A DNA stretch of 57,165 nt, the filler included, from Jimgerdemannia flammicorona (Eukaryota), in NCBI GenBank assembly GCA_003990765.1. It is 2 parts of 2 records of this genome, joined end to end, with 100 filler letters (N's around TTAATTAATTAA, not from the genome) between each part and the next. Parts side by side here need not be neighbours in the genome. Positions count along the whole stretch, not along the records: positions 28,643 to 57,165 come from RBNJ01000555.1; 1 more part is not named here. One strand, given 5' to 3'. The first letter of the stretch is position 1. Each line of letters starts with the position of its first letter. Both the position numbers and the translations under genes were made by a program. Under the pieces are notes generated by a model that saw only the letters and a program-made list of their open reading frames with translations, searched no databases and was not told where the DNA came from. This document shows, in pieces, positions 34,510 through 49,042 of this stretch.

Positions 34510-36920
34510 GCGCTCCGAGTTGCCAATATACCAGCCTCTTTCAAGCTACAAATCCATTCCACTCTCTCCCCTCTCTCAGCTGGGCAGTAACAGGACCCAA
34601 CCATCAGTGAGCCCCATCCAGGCCTCTTCCACACTCCCCACACCACCCGAGACCCCCAATGTCCAATGTCCCCAATGTCCCCCATCCCTTTCCGAATGAG
34701 AATACAAACTTTTTCCCTCCATACTGCTGCACCCCCCCATTCCTTAGTCCAATCCTGCAAGTCCACATCTGCCTCATAACGAACATCCTGCAACAAGAAG
34801 AGGTCTGCATCCAGTCCCTTAAGCCAGCCAAATATATACTTCCTCCTAGCTGCCCCCTATAACCCATTAACATTCAATGAGAATATCCTAGTTGTACTGT
34901 TCATATTGAAGAAATGTTGCAACAGAGACCCCAATCTATAATTCCATGCTCATCTCATCCCTCACCAGGTCCAAGTACCACTCGGCTTCCAATTCATCCT
35001 CTGCAATATCCCAAGCATCCAGTGTCCCCAAGATTTCCTGACACTCCACCCTGTCCACCTCCTCTATATCCACCCTGTAGTCTAAGCAGACTGCTCGCCA
35101 CTTCTCCAGTCCCTTCCTTGAATTCCACAAGAGAAGTGCCCTGTCACTCACAACCCTCCTAAGTTCTTCCTCTTGCTGATCATCAACTTGATATTCAACC
35201 AACTCCAGGAGGACAGCCAAGATCTCATTCCTCATCTTCCTCGACACCTCCTCCCCCCTTAGGATCTCCTCCCAATGCCTCTCCTCCATCACCTGGAAGT
35301 CCTCACCCCCCAGCTCTTCAGCTGCTATCCCTTCCAGAGTCTTCCACATCCACTTCTCCTCATCAACCGCCTCTGCTGCCCCCTGAGCAATTTGTCCCCC
35401 ATCCACCTCGGGGTCCACCAGCACGCTCCTCCTCACTGATTCATCCCACTTCTTATCTGGCACATCCATCAGCTCCTCCTCCCCTTCTGCCCCATCCAGA
35501 ACACTATACTGAGGGTGCACACCCTCATCCATTTCGGCATCAACCTCCAAATTGCCCTCCCTCTCCTACCCAACTCCAATCCGAGCCTTGCCCTGGGCCA
35601 TCTCTCCTCCCTCAGCCCAGGCGCTCTCCTGCAACCCTGCAACCCCCTTCTCTGAGCTTCCACCTGCCCTACCCTCACCCAACTTTGCCAGCAGCTCCTT
35701 CTGGATCCTCCTCCCCTGCATCTTCTCTCAGGCCCCCTTCTCCATCTGGACCCTCTTCCCATCCACCTCCCCCACTACCATCCAGGCCTCAAACTCCTTC
35801 CAGGCTAATCTCCTCCTTGCCACCACCCCTTCCAGGTCTTCCAGCACCTCCAACAGGTCCTCCTCCTCCTCCTGAGTCTCCTTCACCCTAGAGACCTTAC
35901 ACTCCACCGGTCCCCACTTCAGCATTGCTGGCCAGTCCCTCGACTTCCCCATATTCTCCTTCCCAGCCAGCCTCACCCTGACATTGACATCACCAGTTCT
36001 AAGCTCCATACCCTCCCAGACCTTGAACCCAACATCTATGATCTCACCATACTCCTTAATCGCCTCCACAACCAACTCCCTGGTCCTTTCCTTGGACACA
36101 GTAGGGAGGTCCAACACTATCAACTGTACCGCTCAGGGGTCCCAGCACATACACTGGGCCATAGGGACCACAACTCCACCAACCATCACCCCCTTCTCCA
36201 TGGCTGCCAACAAGGCATCTTTCTCCTCAAACCCCACCTCAACCCCTTCCTTTCCCCTCAAAAACTTCACCGATGCTGCTCCCTTAGCCTCCTGTGCCAC
36301 CAGCCTCAGAATCATCCTTGCTGTCACCACCAAGCCCTGGAAGCACATTGTGACCATGAATTCCGACCTTAATTTCTTGAGTAATGGGGCCAATACCATG
36401 CCCATTACCCCATCAGCTAGGTCTCCAGGCCTCATGCCTACTCCCAGACCTGAATTGCCAACCACCATCACATCTGGATTTTTTGCCCGATCTCCAGTCA
36501 CAGCCCCATCAACAGTCACATCTCCAGCCCCTACTCCCGCTCCTTCCCTGCCACCTGAGACTCCCCTGGGTACATCTCCCTGTCCCCCAGCAGCAGCCAT
36601 CGATGCTGTCCCCAAGCCCAGCCAACCATCAAGGCCTGAGACCATCTTCTCCATTCTGACCTTGTTAGCAAAGGTTGACCTCTCCCCTCCTCACTGCCAT
36701 AGCCTGCCCCTCCCTCTACCACCAGGACTACAGCTAGCCATCAAGGCCCCTGACATTCTCAAACCATCTCCCCTCCTCCCTACCTACTGCCAGCCAAAGG
36801 CGCCATCACCCTCCTGGCCAGTATGCTCACTAGTTCGATTGTTGCCGTCTATGTTAATAGTCGCTGGACACCAAAAACATTGTAAAAAGTGTTGTTTGAG
36901 ACTTGTGTCACCTGAATGTT
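34510..36920 (-). mobile_element. LINE copy B (5' UTR, ORF1, start of endonuclease), interrupted by copy A
   Basis: ORF1 36654-34936 is homologous to that of A. ORF2 starts at 34904 and breaks off at GILATR, at A's 5' end. Confidence 0.88.
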
Positions 36921-39900
36921 CTAATAACATCCCCTCCCATCAGGCCATTACCCAACACCATTGTTTTATACTTGTGCCAGTTGAGTTTAGCCCCAGAGTT
37001 CTTCTCATACTACTCTACCATCTCCTTGAGCTCCTCAACATCCACAATAGACCCCAGGCTGATCACTATATCATCTGCAAAGGCCCCAACTTTCCACCCA
37101 ATTCCAAAGATAGAGAGTCTCACTATCTTCTGCCTGATTCTGTCCATTAGGAGCTCTAGAGAAAGAGCATATAGAATGGGGAACAGTGGGTCCCCCTGGG
37201 GCACCCTCCTACCTAGGGGAAATAATACTCCTCTATGTCTATTACATATAAGTGTAGCCCTACTCTCTTCCAGTAGGCTGATCATTGCTGACTAGAACTG
37301 GTGCAGTACCCCAGTTCTATCCAATACTTTTGCCAGCCAGACTCACCACACCCAGTCATAAGCCTTCTCCTGGTCCAAGAAGACCAGTCACTCATCTAGT
37401 TCACAAGCTCACACCTCTTCAATAACTCCATGTACCCAGGCTGTACTATCCCTAATGAGCCAGCCTCCTACAAAACCCCTCTGCTCAATACCCAAGACTT
37501 GCTGGGCCACCTTCTGTAGCCTTGTGATCACCACCTTAGTCACCAACTTTCTGTCCATATCTAGCAGCATAATCAGCCACTAGTTCTTCCAGTTCTCTTA
37601 CCTTCCTTTGTTCTTGTAGAGCAGTATCACCAGCCCCAGATCCTGCTCCCCCAACCCATCTCCCTGTCTGTAATATAAAGTTACACAATGCCATCATCTC
37701 ACTCAGTACTTCTAGGACTCTCACCATTTTCTTCCAGAAGTCCCAGAGCAGACCATCCTCCCCAGGTGCCATATCTGGGGTTGTCACAGCAAGAACCTGG
37801 TGAATCTCTTCCTCTCATACTGGCAACACTAAGTCACCCAGCCCATCTACTCATAGAGAGCACCAGTCCTCCAATATCTGGTCAATGGCAGCAGCATCTG
37901 CCCCACCCTCCTCCTCACTCCACAATCCACTCCATCACTCCTTTAATAAACCAAGAATGTCTTGTATACTATGCACCAGTATACCATCAGAGTCAAGCAC
38001 CCCCTCCCACCTTTGCTGTACTCTTCTTACCTGAAGGGCCCTCATGAGATACTTAAAGGGCCTCTCCCCTTCCTCCAAACCCTGCCAATGAAGCTATGCT
38101 GCCAAGCTTTGCACCCTTGCCTCCTTCTCATCTCACAGTACTTGTTGTAATTCTCCAACCTCCATTTTCACCCTTATTACTCTCCAATTCTCTCTCCCCT
38201 CCATCATCACTAGCCCTGCCCAATCCTCTAAGAGTCTAGTCAGTCTAACAGAAGCCCATCTCATCTGTTGCCTCCTCTGCTTCCCAGCCTCTCTACCAGC
38301 CTCACTCCAGTAGACCCTGGCTATCTCTTTCATCCTCATCTACTGAATACTAACTGGGCACTTTCTTGCCTCCAGCTCTCCATCCTCAGTTAAATGTCTT
38401 CTACCCACTCATCCCACTGGATTCTATCATCCAATAAAGAGGAATTGAGGTGCCAATGTCCAGGCCCATCCCCACTCCCCCCAAAATGCCCCCACCCTAA
38501 CAGCCCTCAATAATCTGACCAAAGACACCATTCCACCTCTAGTGACTTCCAAACATCCAAGCCCTAGCAGCTGGCTATCAATATTCAGTCAATCCTTGTC
38601 CCCAGACCTCCTGTCCAGTGTGTGTATACCCTTCTATTCCCCCAATACTCCCTACTAGCATCTACCAGAGTACTTAGTCTTTCTATATCCTCCCATGCTG
38701 CCAATCCTCCACTCCTACTCTCAGCTCCTTTTCCACCATCTGTTCTATCCATCAGTGTATCCCAGACCATATTGAAGTCTCCACTAAGCATATCCACCCC
38801 AGCCTCCACAAGGACCCCACTCTCCTGGAGACCCTTCACTCAATCCATATACTCACTCTATATAGCAGAACAGTAACAGGAGACCACTGTAACCAGCTCC
38901 CAACCTGTATGTATCCACTCTCCCCAGACCAATCTATCCCCCCAGCTTCTCATATCTTGTATCTCCCCTCTGCCTTTCTAGACCAGAATCCCAACCTTGC
39001 CCTTCTAAACTACCTCACCTCTCCATTCCTTTGTCTATTCCAGCCTATCTAAATCATTCTCACATCTGACATCCTGCAAAAGGAAGAGATCAGCCTTCAA
39101 TCTCTTCAGCTAAGTAAAAATGTTCCTATATCAAGAAGCACCCTATAACCCATTCACATTTAAAGAGAAAATATTGGTTGTACTATTCATAATGAAATAC
39201 AATATATTATCCAGTCTATCCCTACTGCTCTATATTCATCTCTTCCTGCACCATGTTCAGATTATATTCTGCAGTCACTATCTCCTCTTTAGCCCTCCGA
39301 GCCTCTAATCCAGCCAATAGCTCATTTATCTCTCCATCTGCCTTCTCCTCAAACTCCTCTCAGTACTCCAGACAGACCTCCTATCAGAGCTGCAATCTAT
39401 GATGCTTGGCCCAGCAGTATTTAGCCCTCTCACCAGCAACCTCTACCAGCTCTGCCTCCTACTCCTTATCCACCTCATACCCTTCCTCCTCCAGATATAC
39501 TGTAAGGATTTCCATCTTCAATACCAACTCCACACCATCCCCCTGCAGGATCCATACCCAATGCTCATTGCTTATTACTCTCAAGTCCACCTCCCCCAAC
39601 TCTTCAGCCACCAGGTTATTCATCATCCTATATATCCAAAGTAGGTTCCCCACCTCCTTTCCCCCAAGAGTTACCAGTCGCCCTCTATCCAACATTGTGG
39701 TGTCAGCTCCAGTACTTGCAGACTCATTCCACACCTCTGGGACATCCACCAGTTTCTCCTCCCCAACCACCACTACTTGTCTCCCATTCGCAACCTCAGG
39801 AACTCCAAATTTCACTTACTGGATCCCCCACATTGGTACATCCTCTACCACCCTACTTTGGGAAGTCAGATCTTGCCTGATAAGAGAGATAGGGATAGGT

Positions 39901-41327
39901 GATCTCTCCCATTCCTCCTCCCAGACCTCAAATGTACCATCAGCATATGGGTCCTTGCCAGTCACTTTCCTGTCCTCTTCTGTCTCCTTTTCTGTACTCC
40001 TGCTATCCTCGCCAGCCCAGACACTCACTTTGGCACTCCTCATCTCCACTATTCCACCCACATCCTTCTGTAGTCTATCTTTCAGCTTAGCCAGCAGCTT
40101 CTTCTGACACTTACATCCCTGAGCTCTTTTCCACTGCCTCTTGTCCACTCTAATCTGCTTTCCATCCACTACCTCTAAGTGCATCAACTCCACAAAAGCC
40201 TTCCAAGCCTTTGTCCACTGCTCCACTATACCACTCAGCTCTTTCAGTACTTTCAACAAGTTCTCTTCCTCCTCCTCACTCTCCTTTACCCTTGTCACCT
40301 TGTACAAGATTGCCCCCCAGACCATCACTGAAGGCCAGTTCCTTGCCTTTCTGGTAGCTTTCTTCCCTGCTAGCTGAATCTGTATATCAACATCTCCAGT
40401 TTAAGTGAGGTCTCTTCTCAGACCCTGAACCTGATATTCACTATCTCACCATACTCTATCATGACCTCCTTGACTCTCCTTCTTGTCTCCAATGCTATCA
40501 CCATGGACACTCCTTTTACCAGCAGTTGTACTACTCTGGGGTCCCATCTCAGACAATATACTATAGAGACACACATCTCCCCAATAGTCAAACCAACCTT
40601 CAGCACCTCCTCCAAAGACTCAGCCTCCTCAAAGCCCACCTCTACTCCCTCCAATCCCTTCAGAAACTTTACTGATGCTTCTTCAGCCACCTGCTTAGCA
40701 ATAAGCCCCAGCACTATTTTTGCTATCACTGCTAGGCCCCAGAAGCACAGTATAACTATAAATACCAAGATCAATTTTTTGAGTAATGGGGCCACCACTA
40801 GGCCTGTCACACCATCTGCTAAATTTCCCTACCCTCCAAGCCCCTGCTGCTCAGCTATGCTATCAGTAGTCATATTTGGATTTTTTTCCAGATTGGCAGT
40901 CCTATCGCCATCAGCCATCATATTCACCCCAGCCACTATACCCCCAGCTCCACTACCCTCACCACCAAGGGCTACTCCCCCTGAACTGCTGCCTTCTTCA
41001 TCTCCTTGCCTTTCCTCAACCATCCCTCTAGCCCAGATACCTGCTATCTCTCCTTCACCATCTCTGCAAAGCTCACCCTTCCAGACTTCTGTCCTCCACT
41101 ACCTCCTTCTCCCCTTCTACATCCTCCCACCAGCAGCCCCCTCATACCCCCCCCCCCAGACCAGGGCCTCTCCCCACATGCTGCCAGTTGAATGCACTAG
41201 GGTCACCCTGCCTAGTATATATTTCAGATTGCCTGTCAGTTACTATGTTGTTAGTCTCTTTTCTCCAAAAATGATGTTATAAGTACTTTCTAAAGATTGT
41301 GTAACTCAAATGGTACTGGAGAGAGGT
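36921..41327 (-). mobile_element. LINE copy C (5' end to RT), interrupted by copy B
   Basis: VPQGDPLFP, GAFADD, SGDFN, ORF1 fragments. 5' end acctctctccagtacc at 41327. Confidence 0.9.
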
Positions 41328-41433
41328 GTATCTATAAAATATAAGTTCATACTTATATTAAAGAGTTCATATATATCTATTATTAATAAAAAAAAAAAGG
41401 TTATATTTATAGCAAATATTTGAATTTATATAT

Positions 41434-43388
41434 TATTATATAAGAGATACTAAGTTTTCTAATTCTCTTCAAGGTATATCACTTAGATTAACTACAAGTT
41501 TCTTATAAGCAAGTTCTATTAAAGTGCCTTCCCAAGGTCTTATAGTCCTCAAACTTCTTATCTTTAAACTATTCTGTTGTCTCTTGAATTTATTTATATG
41601 GAATTGAGTAGAGGACCGGAACTTTTGTACTCTTGAGTAGTTGGGTACTTAAATGCTTGAGTGTTTTAATACTGACTTTATTTCAAAGGAAATAAGAGAC
41701 ATATTTATATAGAATATAATTCAATAATTGCTAAGATATAAAGCTAAATATAAAATTTAATAATCAAATAAGCTATTTGAATATAAGAAACTTCAGGTTA
41801 TAAGTACAAATTTAAGTACCTATATAATTAGTTACATAAGATCGGAATGCTGGAATAATTTCTAATAGTTATATGAGATCAAGATACTAGAATATTTAAG
41901 TGTTCAAAAAAATAGTTATATAAATAAATTAGAGTAGAATGTTCAGAATCCAGGGGGCTTCATCTTCATTGCTGTCATTAAGGCTAGAAGTTGGAGACAG
42001 GATGACTTCAAAGAAAATAAGGTCAGCAAATATTTCTGTTTCATTTATTTTATGTATATTGATTAGTGGAATGATATCATTGCTAGTAATATCATCATGT
42101 TCAATAGCAGTAGGAAGGAGATCAGGAGCTCTCCAATCTATGATATTTTTTTCCACAAAGTAGTAAATAAAGATAGAATCTTGAGAGGGTCTGATCTAGA
42201 TACTGGAGCCTTAGAATACTAAGATTAATCCTTGCAGGAATTGATCTGGATTATTCTTGAGAATGAGATTCCGGAGCTCTTCTATCTCATCACTTTTGAG
42301 AGTAATAGTAGATTAGACTTCTGTGGCCACTATAGCTTCTAGTGTATTCATACAGTAGGCTAATAATTCCTTAAAGTCTGAGACTCTGGTATACTCTAAG
42401 TTAGAGATTGACCAAAGTATATATATACCTAAAGACCTGATGGATCTTTTTGACTACTCTCAATTTATAATATCTATAGAGGTAGTATCTTATATTTCTT
42501 AGAGACTAGTCTAAGAGAATTTCTGGCAGAAGAGGTTTCTTATTTTGTATTCCTGCTACATCCAGAGATATTTGGTAGTAGTAGTGATCTTTGTCTCCAT
42601 TTTATAACAGTAGAGTGTAAAGTGATAAGAGTCACCAGTACTCAAGTTGAGGATAGGGATTCTTCTAGTATAGGTCCTTATGACTCTTCTGATGTCTTAG
42701 AATATTCTTTCTTAGACTAAGAAGCCTTAGTGGTTCCTGGATCTTATAATTTGGCAAGCAGTAGGTATTTTGTTTATAGTGAGTCTTTCAAACTATTCCA
42801 GTCTTATTGGAGTTACTACTACTGTAGTTTCTTAGTCCTTCTTTTATATTTCTTGAAATATCTATCTTGTAGTTATCATAACTTATAATTGGTCATCATT
42901 GCTCATCTTGTAGCCTGGGTAAGTTATACTGTATGATCTTCTTGTGCTCTGATCTGGTAACTTGTAAGGAAAGGCTGTCTCCTGTGATGATATCACTATT
43001 CAGAGATCATCATTATATCTTCCTCCTAAATAAGAATCTTCTCTTGAACATTCTTATTAATTGATCTAGTCTGAAAAATTTTCTGATCCTATAACCTCTG
43101 GCAGAGAGTTGAAAAGTGATATTTATGGGCTGGTATCTTTCTTATATATTTTGGCATAATGGTGAAGAATAGCTCTCTTCATATAGAGCAAGGGCCTGAT
43201 TCTGATCTTGATCAATCAATTGATGATTTGAACTCCTCTGGCTTTAAATGTCTTATAGATGAGTAGTTGCTAGTGCTGTATCTCTTAGAGAATAGTCCAG
43301 ACAGATTATCTGCTAGTTACAGAACATGCTATTATGATTTATAAACTAGAACCTCATGAGTGGTCATTATGTTTTGCTTCTCTTATAT
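41434..43388 (-). mobile_element. 3' LTR (41434-43017), PPT and 3' UTR of another family-2 gypsy copy
   Basis: Reverse complement of ~10005-11086 plus the rest of the LTR. Carries the LTR ORF (41929..42156). atat flank at 41430-41433. Confidence 0.88.
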
Positions 43389-43394
43389 ATTATT

Positions 43395-46300
43395 CTATCT
43401 CAAATCAAACAACTACCAACAAAGCTCTTCTGCTCAGCCCCTAGTATGTATCTGCTGAGTCACTCCTTACAGCCTGGCCACCAAAATCTTTATCACTAAC
43501 TTACAATCCATATCCAGAAGCATAATCAGCCTCCAGTTCTTCCAATCCTCTCTTCTTCTCTTATCCTTATACAATAGAGCTAAAAGTCCCAGGTGCTGTT
43601 TCTCTGAGCTAATGACTTCATTATATATCTATACTATCTCCTCCAATATAACCTCAATGTCTGCCATCTTCTTCCAAAAATCCCAAGATAACCTATTCTC
43701 CTCAGGGGTCATCTCTATACTTATTATTACCAAGACCCAATACACCTTCTCTCTACACACTGGGGCTCTAAGTTCATTCAGGCCTATAGCTAGATCTAGG
43801 TGCCAATCCTCCAACTACCTTTCAATAACTAGGGCATCTTCTCCGCTCTTCTCCTCACTCTACAGCTATCTCTAGTAAGACCACAATAAGTTCAAGATCT
43901 CTGGTATCTCAGTTACTATATTCTCTATCTCATCCAATATTCTTTCTCTGCTATTTTGTCCTCCTTACCTATAGTAGCCTTGACAGAAATTTAGTAGGCT
44001 ACTCCCCCTTCTCCAAACTCTGCTATCTTAGCCAAGCTGCCAGCCCTTTCATCTGCAATTTCTCCTCCTGTCTAAGCAGTCCCTTCAGTTCTTCCACCTC
44101 TCACTGGATTCTCTGAATCCTCCAGTCCCCTTTTCTGTAGTCCTCTAATGATCCAGTCCACCTCTCCAGTAATTTCTCCAGCCTCTATAAAGCCCACCTA
44201 ATACTATCTCTGCTGGGCCCCTCTTTCTCTTCCAGCCTCACCCCAGTACTGCTGAGCATCAGATTTCAACTACTACCACTAATCTCTAATCTCTAACCCC
44301 CTGCACTCTCTAGTCAAAAATCTTAGTACTAATATCTATCACCCATTCTCTTCATAAGATGCTATTCCCCAGCAGTGCAGTATTCAAGTATCAATGTCCA
44401 GGCCTGTCTTCACTACTCCCAAATCTCTATCTACTCAGTAACCCCCAGTAGTCTGACCAAGGGCACCAGACCATCTTAATCTCACTCCAGACATCTGTAC
44501 CCTAGCACTTAGCTATCAACATCCAGTCTATCCAGGATTCCAGTCTTGCTATCCAGTGAGTATAGACCCTATGATCTGTCCACTCAAGTTACCCAGCATC
44601 TACCAAAGAACTCAGTCTCTCAATCTCCTCTCAGTCTTCTATCTCTTCACTCTTATCTGCCATACCCCTTTCTTCATCAGTCCAGTCCAGCCTGTTATCA
44701 TATATCATGTTAAAGTCATCTCTCAGACAGTTGTTCTCTATATCTGCCAGAGCATTAGCCTCTTATAAACCCTGGATCCAAATCCACTTATTCCCCCCTT
44801 TCTGCTAGACAATAGTATAATCTAACAGTCAGAAGACTTCAGCCCAGCCTCCTTCTTACTCTCTACATCAATTGGCTCCCCAATATCTAATATCCCCAAT
44901 GTCCCCCACTCTTCCTGACCAGAATGCCCATTCAACCCTGCTACATCACTATACTGCTCTATTCTCTTGTCCAGTTCAGTAAGTTCAAGTCTACATTATA
45001 ACTCACATCCTATAATAAAAAAAGATCTGCATCTAGCCCCTTCAACTAGTTAAAGATATTCTAATATCTCATTGTACCCCTCAGTCTATTGATATTCAAA
45101 GAGAAGATTCTGGTTATACTATTCATATTGAATAATGTCTTTTGTGAGTAAGTGCCCACTCTATAATTCCATGCTTATTCCATCACTCACAAGATCCAAG
45201 TTTCTCTCTACTGTAAGCTTGTCTGCCTCCCCCTGCTGAGCATCTAGTGCTGTCAAGATCTCCTGACCATCCACCCCATCTATAGTCTCTATCTCTGCCC
45301 AATACTACTTGTACACCACTTGCTACTTTTTCAGCCCCTTCCTTGGATCCCACATATAAGCAGTATGATCATTTGCAATTACCCTAAGCACTACCTCTGT
45401 CATCATCTACTTGATAGGCCTTGGCCTCCAGCAGTACCACTATTATCTCATTGTAGATTTTTCTTAGCACCTCCTTACTATGTAGGATTTCACCCCAGTA
45501 CCTCTTGCTTAATACCCAAAAGTCCTCTCTCTCCTGCTCCTCTACTGTTATATTCTCCAGTATTTTCCACAGCTACTTCTCCTTGTCCACAGTCTTCTCA
45601 ACTCTCTGGGCCACTCTCTTCACCCTCTCTATCTGCCCTCTCTCAGTATTCTGTCTCACTAACTCATTTCAATTCTCCTCTAGCATATATTACAGTTTCT
45701 CCTCACCAGTTACCCCACCTGGTACTCTATACTGAGAGTGCTCCCCCTTGACCATCTCTGCATCATCTATGACCACACTCAACTCAGAGCTATCTTCTAC
45801 TCCCTGGGTCCCCTCTGGAGCCACTTCCTTCTCCTCTGCTTAGGTACTTACTTATGATCCAGTATTTTTAACAGCAGTCCTCTCTGCCATCCCCCCTCTC
45901 AACTTCACCAATAGCTCCTTCTGAATCTGCCTCTCCTGCACCCACTCCCAAGCTGTCTGATCTAGCTACACTTTCTTATTATTGACAATCTCCATAATCA
46001 TCTTAGCCTCATATTCTTTTCAGACTAATTTCCTCCTTTCCACAGCTCCAACCAGGTCCTTCAGCATCTCTAGCAAGTCCTCTTTATCCTCCAGCATCCT
46101 CTTCACTTACAAGACCTTATACTCTACAGGGTTCTACTTTAGAACTACTGATCAGTCCCTTGTCTTCCCCATATTCTTCTTTTCTATCAGCTATACCCTG
46201 ACATCCACATCTTCAGTTCTGAATTCAGTACCCTCTCAGACCCTAAACCCAACATCCACAATCTCTTTATCCTCCTTGATGGCCTCTATAATCAACCCTC

Positions 46301-47154
46301 TGACCATTTCCTTTGATATGGTTGATATATCTAGTATCATCAACTATATCACTTGAGGATTCCAGTATAAGCACTGTGCCATGGAGATTGCTACCCTCTC
46401 TGTTACTACTCTCTTCTCTATTATCTCTAATAACACCTCCTCCTTCTTGAAGTCTACCTCTACTCCTTCCTATCTCTTCAAAAACTTCACCAAAGTGGTC
46501 TCCTTCACCTTTTGAGCTAGAAGCCCTAGAATCATTCTTGCCATATATAACTACCAAGTCTTGGAAGCATAATATGATAGTGAATTTAGACCTCAATTTC
46601 TTAAATAACAGTACTACTACCAGTTCTATCACACTATCTGCCAAGTCTCTGGGCCTTGTGCCTACCCTCTGTTCAGATCTACCATCAACTATTACATCTG
46701 GATTTTTTTCCAGATTAGTAGTCCCTCCACTATCAGTAGTTCTATTCCTCTCAGCCACTACTCTCCCAGCCCTGCTGCTCTCATCTCCATAGACCACTCC
46801 CTCAGAACCCACAGCCCTTGCTGTCTTCTTGCCCTTCCTCAGCCAGCTCTCCAGCCCAGTTGTCATTATCAGTCAATCTCTCTTCACCTTATCCATGAAG
46901 CTCATCCTCTCCATTCTCTGTCCTCTAATACTACCCCCCTCTCCTTCTACATTCTTCTGCCAGCAAGCCCCTCATGCTTCCCCCCAAGCCATGGCTCCTC
47001 CCACATACTGTCAGTCAAACACACTAGGGCCACCCTGCTTAGTATATATCTCAGAATACTCTACAGATACCATATTGCTAGTATCTTTACTTTAAAAACA
47101 ATGACTTGAGAGTTGTTTGAAGTTTGTATAATCTGAATATTACTAGAGAAAGGT
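43395..47154 (-). mobile_element. LINE copy D, decayed and 3'-truncated
   Basis: 5' end acctttctctagtaatattcag at 47154. ORF1 fragment 46267..46866. ORF2 remnant WDFWKKM (43629..43814). Confidence 0.85.
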
Positions 47155-48897
47155 ACCTCAATATGTTGAATCTTAAAGAATCTCTATAAGTATTCTTCAT
47201 TAGAATTTAGAAGAGAATATATACTACTAAGTTCAGTACCACTAATCAAAATATTATTGGTCTAATGATCTTTATGAATAGAATCTCTCTCAATATTTCT
47301 CAGTATATTTACATTCTTAGTATTAAGAAACCTGATAAATAAATAGATACAGACTAAGAATACTTTGATATTAAGTAAGAAACTACTTGAAATAACAATA
47401 AGAAAAAAGATAAGAAAGATCTCTTAGTCAAGACCCTCTAAGGAATCCTTTAAGAAAACATAAGAGAGAAGCAATCTACAAAAGAATAAAAGAAGAACAA
47501 GAATAAAATCTTAGACCTCAGCTCTAAACTAGATCAATTAGTTAAGTAAATAAAAAAAAAACTTATCATATATAAAAATCAGAGCTATCTATAAGATAAA
47601 AGAAGTTATATATTACAAAGAAACCAAGACTACTCACTCAGAGATAACAGGAGCTACCAGCTATAAGAAGAAAAAAAGTATCTATCTCAAGATAGAGCTC
47701 AAGCTCAATGCTTTTACTGTGGATATTTTAGATACTATGCTACAGAATATAACAATAAAAGAAGTAACTAAAGAGACTCAGAACTACTAAATTAAAATAA
47801 TATAACCCAGTATAAGAAAACTGAAGTCTACTCTATAAAGACTTTGAGAAAAGAAATAGTGAAGGTTATGGTGATCTGGATCTATATCTAATCAAGATTA
47901 TCTTTAGAAAAACAGTCTACTCTACCAAAGAGAGGAAAAGACCAGTAGAAATACCATCTAGAGTAGACAGAAGAACTATTCAGAAAGAAGATGAAGAAAA
48001 TATAGAAAGATAGATCAAAATATCTCTCTGGTCTCTTTTATCTTTTATCTCTGAGACTATAACTTAGGAAGAAAACCATTTACCTGAAGATGAAGAAATA
48101 GAGCAGAAAGAACAAAGGCTCACTATTCTAAAACTCAAAAAGAAGTATACCTCAAAAATCATACTCTGAGATATCTATAATAAAGTCTGATAAAAGATTC
48201 AAAAAGTCAAGATAGAAGTCTCTTATAGTTCTTATAATTGATACCTACTAGAGTTTAAAACAAATTATTGAGAACTACCAGATCTAGTACTAGTCAAGTC
48301 TTAATTCTATAATAAAAACTTATATCAGCTACTATCTAGACTGCTGAAAGATACATCAATATATATATATACCTGTATAGAGATATTAGAAGATAGTAGG
48401 TAAAAATCCTCATTAATATAGGAGCAGTTATCTATATCATTGCTAAAAGATTTCTAGACACCCTTCAGTAGTCTATTGATAGACTATCTAATCTCAGTAT
48501 TATAGTAGTAAATAGAGCCCAAACTCAATCCTTAGGAGAAGTATAAAATATTACTATTACTTTTAGACACATTTAGTTCTCTATTCTAAAAGCTATTATC
48601 ACTGAAGCTATTACCTGTGATATAGTTCTTAGTACCAACTGGATGAAAGAGATGAATGCAGTTATTGATATTAGCCAATAGATACTCAAATTTGACTATA
48701 GAGAAAAGAAGTACTAAATCAAGATAACTAGATATAAGCAATCTAAGAAGAAGAAGATTACTATCTAAAAAAAATATACCAATAATGAAAAATCTACTAT
48801 AGAGAAAGAAAGATAAAAATAACCTTAGGTTTTACCTATAAATTAATCTAATAAATAATAAGCTAAAAGACAATATCTAGATATAAGATATAATTCT

Positions 48898-48938
<41 letters not shown>

Positions 48939-49042
48939 GAGTTATAACCCTCATAGTTTTTATTAGAAGGAAACCTAGACTATATAGATCAAACCCCTCT
49001 TCCACCCCAACCCTAAGTACTGTCTCTCTATTAATCTAAGCT

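Noticed and set aside
34510..34530. Site-specific LINE insertion into an RNA gene (Keno/Dewa-like Tx1 behaviour)
   Set aside because: The 5' flanks of the five copies are unrelated sequences, mostly TE, with no shared snRNA, tRNA or rRNA target.
32441..41282. Long Ser/Pro/Thr-rich plus-strand ORFs (e.g. 33585..34277, 35984..37150, 40461..41282; also minus 52895..53860)
   Set aside because: They are antisense shadows of the purine-rich LINE ORF1.
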